DNA of 64,000 nucleotides from Macrostomum lignano (lineage: Eukaryota): positions 310,001 to 374,000 of the forward strand of contig NIVC01000467.1 in assembly GCA_002269645.1 (NCBI GenBank), written 5' to 3'. Every line of letters starts with the position of its first letter. Within the stretch, counting starts at the first letter, position 1. A program made the translations under genes and the position numbers. Of this stretch, positions 1-13,400 are shown in pieces. Under the pieces are notes generated by a model. The model was not told where the DNA came from and made no database searches. It saw only the letters and a list, made by a program, of their open reading frames with translations.

Positions 1-243
1 CCTCTGAGATGCCTGAGATTCTTCATTGAGATGCCTGAGATTCTCCATTGAGATGCCTGAGATTCTCCATTGAGATGCCTGAGATTCTCCATTGAGATGC
101 CTGAGATTCTCCATTGAGATGCCTGAGATTCTGCATTGAGATGCCTGAGATTCTTCATTGAGATGCCTGAGAATCTCTATTAAGATGCCTGAGATTCTGC
201 ATTGAGATGCCTGAGATTCTCCATTGAGATGCTTGAGATTTCC
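1..243. repeat. 22-bp minisatellite (GAGATGCCTGAGATTCTCCATT)n, open at the window start
   Basis: About 11 tandem copies seen directly. Confidence 0.95.
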
Positions 244-458
244 CATTTAAGAATCCCGACAGAAAAGCTCTATAAGAACATTCAGCCCCATTTTTTTCTT
301 TTGATGCATTTTATACTTTAATGGTCCTCTTTTTAATCCCTAGGGTCCGTAATGTATTAATAAGTTTCGATTCTCTTTATAAACAAAACAGCATTTTCAA
401 TAAGTTTTTTGAAACTATATTTCAGCATTAGGAAATTGAAATTTCGATCAACTAAATA

Positions 459-1861
459 ATGCAGTCAATTCTAAAGCAGATTGACAATCATGATTATACT
501 GAAGACTGTTCTCAACCATTTCTTCGGGAAGGTGTATTTCGAGCTGTGCCTGTTTTTGTAGTGCCAGACAGTAATACTGGCACTACCTCTGGTGCTAGCC
601 TGTACTCTATTGTACGCAGTCGCTTGGATGGTTGTAAATCATCCTCAGTATTCTCTGGAGAAATCCCCGCGGAAGCAGAAGCAAAAGAAGCAGAAGCAAA
701 AGAAGAAGAAGCAAAAGAAGAACCGGCTTGTCCATGTCTCAGCGTCGGGTGGAACCGTTTGCAAAATCTTGTCAACGATGAACTCGAATCCATTAGCCAG
801 CTTCATAGCAGGCTGTTAAACTACTCCGAAGGTGATGAAGATATTAGTCAGCTGTTATTCCAGCTTCTACTATGTGAGCAGAGGCGGCAGCATGCTTTGC
901 AATTGATTTCTACCGAAGAATCCCAGAGCAAAACTACAGTTGACAGAGAGTGCCTAGCAACAACTAGACCAACTAGTTATCAGCTAAAGGTGTCGCAAAT
1001 TCTATTGCCAATCGATTATCAATCTATTGTTAAAACACGAACGGCATTGTTTTGTATGCTTGTTGCGCTCTCCAATTGGTTGCATTTATGCCAGCAAGAT
1101 GGCCGATTTGGGTCAGGCTGACTATAGCGAAGCCTCAGCTCTGACGGTTCCTTGCGCTTTGAGCGTGCCGTGCTTGGCGGCCGATTTTGATGTCGCACTT
1201 CAGGTTTACTGGCTTCGGCTGGTCTGTGATGCACCTGTTGCTGCTGGTGAGTGATTTATTAACACTTTGGTGTGTACATTGCTAGCCAGCCCCAAAGTAC
1301 ATTTCCCAGCCAGCCCCAATGTTAATCTCCCAGCCAGCCCCACTGTACATCACACAGCCAGCCCCAATGTACATCACACAGCCAGCCCCTATGTACATCG
1401 CTAGCCAGCCCCAATGTACATCACACAGCCAGTCCCAATGTACATCGTCCAGTCAACCCGAATGTACATCTCCCAGCCAGCACCAATGTACATCCCACAG
1501 CCAACCCCAATGTACATCCCACAACCAGTCCCAATGTACATCGCCCAGCCAACACCCACCCGCAGGCGGTTGCTCCTACAGAGTGCCAAACAAACGACGC
1601 CGTTTCTTTCCCCGCCTGGGCGTGAAGTCGCTGCTTTCCGGCGAGCAGCAGCAGCAGAAATTGCACAAGCAACAAGAGAAAAAGCAGTGGAAAAAGCGGC
1701 AATTTAACTTGCTAGGCGAGGTGTCAATCACCATGGATTTGGTCAGGCTCAGCGCGGGCAATGTCAGCATTGAAGCTCCGCCAATCGGCTCTTGTCCGGT
1801 TCGCGGCAACATTAGTGTTCGCTGTGGAGTGCAAACCGAACCTGATGGCCGATTGCGCTAA
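459..1861 (+). CDS. Anillin/rhotekin-homology (AH: RBD + C2-like) domain protein. It has an internal +1 frameshift near 1010-1045 and no PH domain, so it may be a pseudogene or an assembly indel.
   Basis: Segments are 459-~1030 (frame 1), ~1031-1246 (frame 2), intron 1247-1565 (G|GTGAGT ... CGCAG|GC, phase 1 on both sides) and 1566-1861 (TAA). The joined peptide has LQNLVNDELESISQL...LLLCEQRRQHAL, KVSQILLPI, HCFVCLLRS..IYASKMA, ADFDVALQVYWL and FNLLGEVSIT..CPVRGNISVRC. From memory these match, in order, anillin LSEIRLPL, YYLIILKA..VATPLA, NDFEINIEVYSL and FALVGSYTLS..LEGHIYLKIKC. No database search was run. Confidence 0.6.
1285..1555. repeat. Intronic ~23-bp minisatellite (CAGCCAGCCCCAATGTACATCAC)n
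   Basis: Fills most of intron 1247-1565. Confidence 0.9.
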
Positions 1862-2175
1862 TTAGTTCAGTAATATGCTAATTAGCTGCTCAAATATTAA
1901 TATGCTTCATTTTTTATCGAGACAATTGCGCTTTCTATTATTTACGATGCGTTCGTTTCTTGTACCTGATTAATTTTTAATTTTAGTGCATTTCCTATTC
2001 TATTGTATAGGAAAAGTATTGTCAGTTGTGTGCTTTTTAATTTGCAGTTTGGCCATTTTTTGTTGTTTTAATAATTTCTAATATAGCCATGCAATTGCAA
2101 CTCTGCTAAAGTCTAACTAATAAAGTTTTTACCTGACTGACGGGTAGCTCTTGTGTTCTTTGTTATTTTTTATAT

Positions 2176-2829
2176 TGACTGACTGACTGACTGACTGACT
2201 GACTGACTGACTGACTGACTGACTGACTGACTGACTGACTGACTGACTGACTGACTGACTGACTGACTGACTGACTGACTGACTGACTGACTGACTGACT
2301 GACTGACTGACTGACTGACTGACTGACTGACTGACTGACTGACTGACTGACTGACTGACTGACTGACTGACTGACTGACTGACTGACTGACTGACTGACT
2401 GACTGACTGACTGACTGACTGACTGACTGACTGACTGACTGACTGACTGACTGACTGACTGACTGACTGACTGACTGACTGACTGACTGATTGACTTGAG
2501 TGAGTAGGTGACTGACTGACTGACTGACTTGAGTGAGTGGGTGACTGACTGACTGACTGACTTGAGTGAGTGGGTGACTGACTGACTGACTGACTGACTG
2601 ACTGACTGACTGACTGACTTGAGTGAGTAGGTGACTGACTGACTGATTGACTTGAGTGAGTGGGTGACTGACTGACTGACTGACTTGAGTGAGTGGGTGA
2701 CTGACTGACTGACTGACTTGAGTGAGTGGGTGACTGACTGACTGACTGACTGACTGACTGACTGACTGACTGACTGACTGACTGACTGACTGACTGACTG
2801 ACTGACTGACTGACTGACTGACTGACTGA
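2176..2829. repeat. (GACT)n microsatellite with TTGAGTGAGTGG interruptions
   Basis: Direct. Confidence 0.97.
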
Positions 2830-3296
2830 TGATGTGGATGAGACACAGGATAATATTGTAGCTGTCTATGCGTCATCGAAGACTCAAAAAACTACATGTG
2901 CGGGTATAAAATATGCTACGGCTAGACTGTCCAATTAGGTAATTTTAGTTAACTTTGCGTTACAAGGTGCTTTTTAATTACGTTAGAATTCACTTCCTGT
3001 TTTGCTTTTGTCTGTCCAAGCAAAGCAAGTCTTTGAAATATAATCTGCCAGTCCTGCATGGCCTGAATGCCTGGTTATAATTTGCAACACCTGAACAGTC
3101 TGTTTATGAATTCTAGTCTCTGCCTCTGGCCTTTCAGCTTCATTTGTCTAGCGAATCCATCCGCTTATAAAAAAGAAACATTTTTACACGAGGAGGACGG
3201 AGAGCGGGAGGGCTGGGGTCCCCCACAGTCTTTGTCCATAAATGAATGACTGAGACTCAACTTTTGCCACCTCTGGGATGGAACATCCACGAACGT

Positions 3297-3405
3297 AAGA
3301 GACAGGGGTGCCCACCAAGAGAGACAGGGGGCGCCCACCAAGAGAGACAGGGGCGCCCACCAAGAGAGACAGGGGCGCCCACCAAGAGAGACAGGGGCGC
3401 CCACC
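3297..3405. repeat. 22-bp minisatellite (CCACCAAGAGAGACAGGGGCGC)n, about 5 copies
   Basis: Direct. Confidence 0.9.
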
Positions 3406-4230
3406 ACAGTACAGTCCGACGCTCTAACCAGTAGGCTACAGCCTTTCAATAGTCTACAAAATCAGATTAAAGATGGGCGCCCAGCTGTCTCTTAGAGCTT
3501 CTCCGGAAAAGCTCCGGATTTCTTGGAACTTTATGGCATAACCACGCCCTATAGCCCCCCCCCCTTCAAATCAATACAGTCATAAATGCATCTTGGGCAT
3601 GTGGCTCAGGTGTTGGACTCAAACTCGAGTAGTTTTCATTCTCGAGCGATACTTGAGAAAATTGAATGGGGCGGTTACTGAGCGACAGCTAAAATCCTGG
3701 ATGGGTTTTTCCTCTACCCATTGACAACGTCATCTTTGAGGCGTCTCGCAGGGCCCTTTAAAAATCGCCTAACTCGCGCCGCTAATTACTTGTACAGCTG
3801 CTCAACTCAGATCAAATTTTGCTTGGCATCGAAAATAGGAAGCAAAGAATTAGGAATTTACAAGAGGCAGAAGGGGGAGAAAAAAGCGGAATCTGGCTAG
3901 TAGGATTCTAGGATTTTGAAGGAGGAAATCGGGGATAAAAAAGTCTTGGAAAGCAGTGACTGTAGCATACTTTTTGCAGTATATTGATTAGTCAAGTCTG
4001 CTCAGGGGAAACCAGCTCATGGCTTTGAGCGCAGTTGAAAAAAGATCTCGTTTTCCGAAGCATGTCTAAGGGAAAAGGGGGGGGGGCAGAGCAGCGGTGA
4101 ATGCTACCGCGTCACGACCCCTGATTCCATTCCGTGCATTTATTTAGGGCTCGTGTGCCACGAGGGCCAGCATCCAAGGAACAGGGAGTGTGCATGCCTG
4201 CCGATTAGATAGCCAGGGCCACTGGGCCAG

Positions 4231-4870
4231 GCAGACACCAAGGCAGACACCAAGGCAGACACCAAGGCAGACACCAAGGCAGACACCAAGACACAGACAC
4301 CAAGGCAGACACCAAGACAGACACCAAGACACAGACACCAAGACAGACACCAAGGCAGACACCAAGACAGACACCAAGGCAGACACCAAGACAGACACCA
4401 AGACAGACACCAAGGCAGACACCAAGACAGACACCAAGGCAGACACCAAGACAGACACCAAAGCAGACACCAAGGCAGACACCAAGACACAAAAACCAAG
4501 GCAGACACCAAGACACAGACACCAAGGCAGACACCAAGACACAGACACCAAGGCAGACACCAAGGCAGACACCAAGACACAGACATGAAGGCAGACACCA
4601 AGGCAGACACCAAGACACAGACACCAAGACACAGACACCAAGACAGACACCAAGGCAGACACAAAGACACAGACACCAAGACACAGACACCAAGACAGAC
4701 ACCAAGGCAGACAAAGACACAGACACCAAGACACAGACACCAAGACACAGTCACCAAGACAGACACTAAGACAGACACAAAGACAGACACAAAGACAGAC
4801 ACAAAGACAGACACAAAGACAGACACCAAGACAGACACCAAGACAGACACCAAGACAGACACCAAGACAG
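4231..4870. repeat. 12-bp minisatellite (AGACACCAAGGC / AGACACCAAGAC)n
   Basis: Direct; related units occur at 9900-10240 and, inverted, at 10735-10860. Confidence 0.95.
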
Positions 4871-5407
4871 CCTCAGCGAAGGCGTTATGCCCGCAGCCCT
4901 TCTGCCAATCATATATGAATTTATGATTTTTAGGAATGAAAAATAATGATTTACAAACTGAGAATCAACAAGACTGCCCTTCAATCATGCTTAGTGGGCT
5001 TTTATCCTCAGTAGGATTAAAAGATTAACACAGGATTTTTAACCAGCGGTATGATGCAAAAGCTAGAGCACCAACCTCCTCATCGCAGCTTGTGAATCAC
5101 CTGTCTCAGTGACCGGTGCTAAAATTATAGCAAAAAGAAACTAAGCATGAAAGTTTGTTTCGAAATTGAAAAATTGCAAATGCGACGGCACGATGATTAA
5201 CGCAGAGAGAGCGGTATATTTGTGAGGCCTTTAGTCCCTCGCGCAAAAGGCTTATTACAAACAGGATAAATTGGCTTACATGCACATACATATAAACAAT
5301 AAACATAATGAGGTCAAATGAAATACATTAGCGCGTGATAGACGAGAAATACCGAATTTATAGGAACATGTACAGCTGCCAGTGCGAACAGAAATAGATA
5401 ATGAGAA

Positions 5408-7330
5408 CTCACAGGTAGGTTGCAGGGGGGGTGATTCTCACAGGTAGGTTGCAGGGGGGGTGATTCTCACAGGTAGGTTGCAGGGGGGGCGATTCTCACA
5501 GGTGGTTTGCAGGGGGGGTGATTCTCACAGGTAGGTTGCAGGGGGGGTGATTCTCACAGGTGGTTTGCAGGGGGGGGTGATTCTCACAGGTGGTTTGCAG
5601 GGGGGGGGGTGATTCTCACAGGTGGTTTGCAGGGGGGGTGATTCTCACAGGTGGTTTGCAGGGGGGGTGATTCTCACAGGTGGGTTGCAGGGAGGGGGTG
5701 ATTCGCACAGGTGGTTTGCAGGGAGGGGGTGATTCTCACAGGTGGTTTGCAGGGGGTGATTCTCACAGGTGGTTTGCAGGGGGGGTGATTCTCACAGGTG
5801 GGTTGCAGGGGGGGGGTGATTCTCACAGGTGGGTTGCAGGGGGGGGTGATTCTCACAGGTGGGTTGCAAGGGGGTGATTCTCACAGGTGGTTTGCAGGGG
5901 GGGGTGATTCTCACAGGTGGTTTGCAGGGGGGGGTGATTCTCACAGGTGGCTTGCAGGGGGGGGTGATTCGCACAGGTGGTTTGCAGGGGGGGGGTGATT
6001 CTCACAGGTGGTTTGCAAGGGGGTGATTCTCACAGGTGGTTTGCAGGGGGGGTGATTCTCACAGGTGGTTTGCAGGGGGGGGGTGATTCTCACAGGTGGT
6101 TTGCAGGGGGGGGTGATTCTCACAGGTGGTTTGCAGGGGGGGGGGGTGATTCTCACAGGTGGGTTGCAGGGAGGGGGTGATTCGCACAGGTGGTTTGCAG
6201 GGAGGGGGTGATTCTCACAGGTGGTTTGCAGGGGGGGTGATTCTCACAGGTGGTTTGCAGGGGGGGGGTGATTCTCACAGGTGGTTTGCAGGGGGGGGGG
6301 TGATTCTCACAGGTGGTTTGCAGGGGGGGGGGTGATTCTCACAGGTGGGTTGCAGGGGGGGGGTGATTCTCACAGGTGGTTTGCAGGGGGGGTGATTCGC
6401 ACAGGTGGTTTGCAGGGGGGTGATTCTCACAGGTGGTTTGCAGGGGGGGGGTGATTCTCACAGGTGGTTTGCAGGGGGGGGGTTGATTCTCACAGGTGGG
6501 TTGCAAGGGGGTGATTCTCACAGGTGGTTTGCAGGGGGGGGTGATTCTCACAGGTGGGTTGCAAGGGGGTGATTCTCACAGGTGGTTTGCAGGGGGGGTG
6601 ATTCTCACAGGTAGGTTGCAGGGGGGGTGATTCTCACAGGTGGTTTGCAGGGGGGTGATTCTCACAGGTGGGTTGCAAGGGGGTGATTCTCACAGGTGGT
6701 TTGCAGGGGGGGGGTGATTCTCACAGGTGGTTTGCAGGGGGGGGTGATTCTCACAGGTGGTTTGCAGGGGGGGGGTGATTCTCACAGGTGGGTTGCAGGG
6801 AGGGGGTGATTCGCACAGGTGGTTTGCAGGGGGGTGATTCTCACAGGTGGTTTGCAGGGGGGGTGATTCTCACAGGTGGTTTGCAGGGAGGGGGTGATTC
6901 GCACAGGTGGGTTGCAAGGGGGGGTGATTCTCACAGGTGGTTTGCAGGGGGGGGGGGTGATTCTCACAGGTGGTTTGCAGGGGGGGGTGATTCTCACAGG
7001 TGGGTTGCAAGGGGGTGATTCTCACAGGTGGTTTGCAGGGGGGGGGTGATTCTCACAGGTGGTTTGCAGGGGGGTGATTCGCACAGGTGGTTTGCAGGGG
7101 GGGGGTGATTCTCACAGGTGGTTTGCAAGGGGGTGATTCTCACAGGTGGTTTGCAGGGGGGTGATTCTCACAGGTGGTTTGCAGGGGGGGTGATTCTCAC
7201 AGGTGGTTTGCAGGGAGGGGGTGATTCGCACAGGTGGGTTTGCAAGGGGGCGTGATTCTCACAGGTGGTTTGCAGGGGGGGGTGATTCTCACAGGTGGGT
7301 TGCGGGGGGGGGGCGATTCTCACAGGTGGG
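5408..7330. repeat. G-rich ~29-33 bp minisatellite (GnTGATTCTCACAGGTGGTTTGCA)n
   Basis: About 60 copies with a variable G run. Confidence 0.97.
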
Positions 7331-7444
7331 TCAATAACAATCGCGAATTTGGAATAATGGAATTGCCGGGTATTAATTGCGGCATTAATAACCTCATCAA
7401 TCAGTTAATGAAAACAGTTATTAATTAGCAAAGCAGAGTCTGTT

Positions 7445-10400
7445 TCAAGAAATCGGAGATCCGTCTGAATTGTCACCGCCGCTGCCGGCTCCAACGTAGA
7501 AGCGGACCGCCGCGTCCTCCTTGCTCGACGCTTCGTCGGCTGCTGCCGTTGCGGCCAGCGTCGGTTGCTGGCGCGGCGGCGACTCGCGGCGGGGTCGCTT
7601 AGCGGCGACCGGGTTCGAATCTTCGTCGTTGTCGTTGTCTTGCGCATTCGCTGCGTCGCTGCCTGGAGATTGATGCGCGTGGGGAGAGTGCTGGGGTTAC
7701 TGTGAGGGTTATGGAGCAACTGAGGATCTGGGAGGCTGACCCAGCAACTGAGGATCTGGGAGGCTGACCCAGCAACTGAGGATCTGGGAGGCTGACCCAG
7801 CAACTGAGGATCTGGGAGGCTGGCCCAGCAACTGAGGATCTGGGAGGCTGGCCTAGCAACTGAGGATCTGGGAGGCTGGCCCAGCAACTGAGGATCTGGG
7901 AGGCTGGCCTAGCAACTGAGGATCTGGGAGGCTGGGCCAGCAACTGAGGATCTGGGAGGCCGGCCTAGCAACTGAGGATCTGGGAGGCTGGCCTAGCAAC
8001 TGAGGATCTGGGAGGCTGGGCCAGCAACTGAGGATCTGGGAGGCCGGCCTAGCAACTGAGGATCTGGGAGGCTGGCCTAGCAACTGAGGATCTGGGAGGC
8101 TGACCAAGCAACTGAGGATCTGGGAGGCTGACCAAGCAACTGAGGATCTGGGAGGCTGGTGGTGGCCTATCTTACCCTGCTTTTCATTGGCGCCCCCGCC
8201 ATCATCAGACGAGTCGTCGGTGTCAGAATCCTCAGAATCGGACAGCTGCAGGTCCTCAGCCAGGCCCGCAGCAGATTCACTTTGCTGCTGCTGATTTTGT
8301 TGCGCCTGACTTGATGGCTGCTGCGTCGATGTGACAACATCGTCCACAGCTCGCTGACTGGCCACACTGGCGCTGTCAGCGAACGTGTCGCCGTCGTCTT
8401 CCAGAAAGCCGCCAAACTCTTGAACCTGCCGCCTGCGACTGATGTTAGCCTCCAGCTGGTCCAGAGTTGAAGCATTCACAGCCAAGGCCTCTCGACCGGC
8501 TTCGACAATTTTCCTAGCGATTGCAGTCAGACTGCTCGAATCTCTATTATAAGCGATGCAGTTGTCCAGAATGAGTTGTACGTCGGATAGAAATTCGTCT
8601 CGATTTCGATAAGTCTTGGCGTTGACCTTGTCCTGCAGAGTGGCCAAATCCATTGGCTTAGTGATTATAGTGTAATAATCTGGCCATTTTTTACCATCTA
8701 CTCGGAATTGAAACGGTCGAGAGCCTTCAACTGCGACCATTTTCTGTACGGCCTGGCCGAGGATGTACGACAAACCGGCCATGTCGTCCTCGTCTAGCAG
8801 CGGGTTGATGGCCTTCTCGTAGCTGCGTTGTGAAATGATGATTGGATAGCTTCTTTATTAGTAATGGATGTCGTTTTTCTGAGGTTAAACTAATGACCTA
8901 GAGAAATCACGTGAGCATACTGTCGGTCTATTGTAGACTATGACCTTGAGTGTCACGTGGCCTTACTGTCTGTCTATCGAAAACTATGACCTTGAGAGTC
9001 ACGTGGCCTTACTGTCTGTCTATCGAAAACTATGACCTTGAGAGTCACGTGGCCCTACTGCTACTGTCTGCCTATCGTAGACTATGACCTTGAGAGTTAC
9101 GTGGCCTTACTTTCTGTCTGTCTATCGTAGACTATTACCTCTGGAATCGTGATTTTCTTTAGCCTAGACTTTGCCAACAAGCTTGTAAATCGCAACTGTC
9201 AATTTCATGACTAGATAGACTTAACTGTCTGTCGAGAGCTCGTTACTGATAAACAAACTTTTTGAGGTTAAATATTTTTAAAAAATTATTAAATGAGTAT
9301 AACTGCCTTGCAGTCCCCTGAATTTAAAAACACGTACCCACTCCAGTAAAAATAATTTTTAGCTTCCGGCACAATTAAGCAATATTTTTTCTCATTTTTT
9401 CTTTACCCAGTGGCGTAGGAAAAAATTGAAATTCAGCAAAATTGCTTCTGAGATGCTGGACTCGTGGGATCAATCCTGCACTCAAAAATATACTATAATA
9501 ATATATTACTAAAATATAATCCTGTGTGGAGAGAATTTAAACAAGACCGTAGAAATTTGCAGAGCTTCCCTGACTCAATTTATTCTTCCTTCCTTCTATC
9601 TCTCTCTCTGTGGCTTCTCGCCGAAAAAACCTCGAGTGTCAAGAATTCCAAGCAATGCTGGGTCAGTTTGAGAAGGGCAGTGTGCTTAAAATAAATAATG
9701 TACACGGATATACTTATATATAGCTTGATGGTTCACACTTGAGACTGCTTTAAAATACGGGTTTCGAGTTATGTTCGAGCCTCCTTATCCTTCAGCTCCG
9801 AATACTAGCACCATATGTATAAACGAGTCAATAATATATGTAAATACAGCCGTGGAACTAAATCTTGCATCTTAATTCCTTAATCTTTTGAGTCTCTCGA
9901 CACAGACAGGCACTGAAACACACACGGAGACAGACACTAATATAGAATTAAATGAGAGAGACACTAAGGCAGACACCAGGACAGACACTAGGACAGACAC
10001 TAGGACAGACACTGTGCGACACTAAGACAGACACAAAAACATATACAAAGACAGACACTAAGGCAGACACTAAGACAGACACTAAAGCATTCACTAGGAC
10101 AGACACTAAAGCAGACGCTGAGACAGACACTAAGCTAGACACTAGAACACACACTAAGAGACACTAGAACACACACTAAGAGACACTAGGACACACACTT
10201 AGAGATACTAGGACACACACTTAGAGACACTAGGACACACTAAAGTTCCCGATGCACTGTAAAGTCTCACCGCATCAGCTTCTCCTCTCGAACAGTGATC
10301 TCCTCAGCGCAGACATTGAGCATACACTTGGCAGTCTCAGACAACAGGCTATGCTGACCATTGAACGTGACGCAGTTCTTATAAATCAAATTCACATCAT

Positions 10401-13400
10401 CGATGAATGCTTCTCGAGTCTGATACAGGTTCTTCTGCAATCGTTCCTTCATAGTCAGCAGGTCCATCGGCTGTTTGATGATCTGATAATAGTGCGGATA
10501 TTCTTTCTCGCTGACCGGATTGAGAAAATCCTGGGAATTTTTTACCGCTTTGATTTTGTCGAACACGTCCTCGAGTAAGCTGGTGAGGGCCACCTGGGGA
10601 TTTGAGGGATGAAGTAATGGAGTAATCGCGTTTTCGTGACAGCTTTAAAATAAATTGCTTTTGGGAACATTTTTGCGATGCGTTGTTATGGTGTTAAATA
10701 GCTGATGCGTTTCTGTCATCGGTTTACTTTGTATCAGTGTCTGTCTTACTCGTAGTGCCTGTCCTAGTGTCTGTCTTAGCGTCTGTCCTAGCGTCTGTCT
10801 CAGCGTATGTCTTAGTGTTTGTCCTTACTCGTAGTGTCTGTCTGTCTGTCTGTCTCATTTGCCCTGGCCTCTATCTCCGGCAGTCCAACAGGCCATCAAT
10901 CGCAATACCAGTAACTTTCTCACCTGCGGATCAACTCGCCGCCGGTTGCGCCGTTTCAAGGCCGGCTTAGCCAGATAGTCATCCGACAAAGTCGAACCAA
11001 CAGACGCGGCGGAAACAGCGGCCTCCGCTGCAGCCAGAGACGACTTTTTAGATAATTTCTTCGACTTAGCAGTAGCAGAAGCAGTTGCAGATTTCAAAGA
11101 CGACTGCTTCTTTTTAGTCACCGAGGCTGGCGGCGGCTCGATAGGCGGTACGTAGTTGAGCACTTTAGCGCTTAGCTTCAATTTTGTACCGTCTACTTGA
11201 GACAGAGAGGCCTCATCTTCAGCTTGGCTAGCATTGGTGACGGAATGCTGAGACTGTTGAGACTGCTGAGACTGCTGAGACAGTTCGTCAATCAACTGCG
11301 GTTGCTGCTGAAGCTGCTGACTTGACCCACTAGGTTTACTGGGTGTACCTGCCGCAGCTCCAGATCCCTTTTTAATGTACATCGGGCACTCTTTATTCGT
11401 ACGCATGTGACCCAGCTGACCGCAGGCTCCGCACTTCATCTTAGTTAGAGCCGGCGTCATCACTTTTGTCTTAGTAGGCTTCTTCGAACTGGCGCCAGTT
11501 GCAGAATCGGCTGCATCACCGCCTCCCAGACTCTCTGATGAAGCCATTCGAGTTAGTTGCCTAGCCGGGCCGCCGCTGCCGCCTCCGCCGCCGTAGTCGC
11601 CAAGGAACTGCCGGATGAACTCGTCCGATTTAGTTGATCGAATTCTAGAATAGATTTCTATAACCGCAGGCTGGCGAACCAGCTCGGTTCGAGTGTAGAA
11701 ACCCGTGCCGTCGGGCTTGCGGAACCGCCTAGTGATGCGTAACACTTTCTTACTCGACGTTGTAGACTTCTCAGCTCCGGTAGATTCGTCTTCGCTAGAT
11801 GAAGACGAATCTGAAGAGGAGCCAGCTTCATTGTCGTCTGCAGAATCAGCCTCATCCGAAGCTAATACTCGATTCTGCAATTCGAACAATCTTTGACAAG
11901 CGTCTTTGTAGCGATCTGAATCACCAGCTGGTCTGCTATTGTTGCTAGGCGCTCCACTGGAACCGGATCTGGCGAATCTGGCCAAGTCTTCCGCATCTTC
12001 GCCTCCCTGCTTGGCCTTCTGGGTGCCGACCTGAGTTGTTTGGGGGGGGGGCGTGTATTGTTTAGCCTTTGTACTGCTTGTTCTATCTGCTTTTGGTCTC
12101 ATTTAATGGTCTACTGTATCTACCCAAATACCTACTCTACCTACTCAAATACCAACTATAGCTACTCAGATACCTACTCTACCTACTCAGATACCTACTC
12201 TACCTACTCAGATACCTACTCTACCTACTCAGATACCTTCTCTACCTACTCAAATACCAACTCTAGCTACTCAGATACCAACTCTAGCTACTCAGATACC
12301 TACTCTACCTACTCAGATACCTACTCGACCTACTCAGATACCTACTCTACCTACTCAGATACCTACTCTATCTACTCAGATACCTACTCTATCTACCTAA
12401 ATGTCTAGTCTATCTACTAAAGTATCTACTCTATCTACTCAAATATCTTCTCTACCTACTCAGATACCTACTCTATCTACTCAATAGCCTACCCTATCTA
12501 CCCAAGATTTTATTGGCAAGTCTAAACTCAGACTTACAGTTCTAACAACGTCAACGAATTCCCATCTAGTGAGCTTTTTAATATCGTCCTCATCAACGCC
12601 GCGCCGTCGAAGCAGCTCTTTAGCGGCGTTGAGATTCAATTTCCGCAGATCGGCGTCAGTTCCAGTGACCGATGCGACCCTGCCAGTTGGATGTTTCGCA
12701 GCCGACAGAGCAGTTTCAGCGGTAGATCCGCTCGATCTGCTTGGCTTTGAATAGCTGAAGGCTTCTCCGCAGCCAGTGGGATCTGCCGGGCCGCTCAAGT
12801 CCAGTTGGATGCGGCCTTTAGCAGCGGCCAGATAGACTCTGCTAGTGTTCCAAGGTGCGCAGCGGACTTCCGCTTCCATACGCGGCGCGCCGTTGGAACC
12901 GTCGGCGTTGCTACCGCCTCCTCCTCCGCTAGCTTCATCAAGTTCATCTTCATCATCATTGGCTTGCAGGTACCGTTCGCTATAGCCAGCATCTTTGAGC
13001 CGCTGCTCGGCCACAGCCATGCTGTAGTGGGCGCAACAGTCTTCGGGTGACAGCAGCTCGCGCAGCTCCTCCTCATCGGGCAGTCGGAATTCGTCCTTCA
13101 GCACCCACCAGCCGCCGCCGCCTCCGCTGCGCCGAAGATCTGCGCAAGCTTTCAACCGTTTCCTGACAGTCAGCTCTGTCAGGACGCCGTCTGGCGGAAA
13201 TAGTCGGCGAACCTCATCGACGCGAACTCGACGCGGCTCGTCTAGGCTGCGCAGGAATAGGCGATAGATGTTCACCTGGTTGTTAGGGAGAGCGGGAGGG
13301 TTCGAGTTATTCAAAGCGACAGCCGGCGTTAGGCAGGAACGCTGGCACAGGGTGTATAGTAACCAAGACATTCCTATGGAATTAAGAATGCATACAGTAC

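Noticed and set aside
3590-3670. GTGGCTCAGGTGTTGGACTCA segment resembling the SINE Y head
   Set aside because: The match is too short and has no B box or body.
2163-7428. Long ORFs such as poly-SQSV, TKTD/WCL and RITPP/GGDSHRW
   Set aside because: These are translations of stop-free micro- and minisatellites, open in several frames and on both strands, with no coding context.
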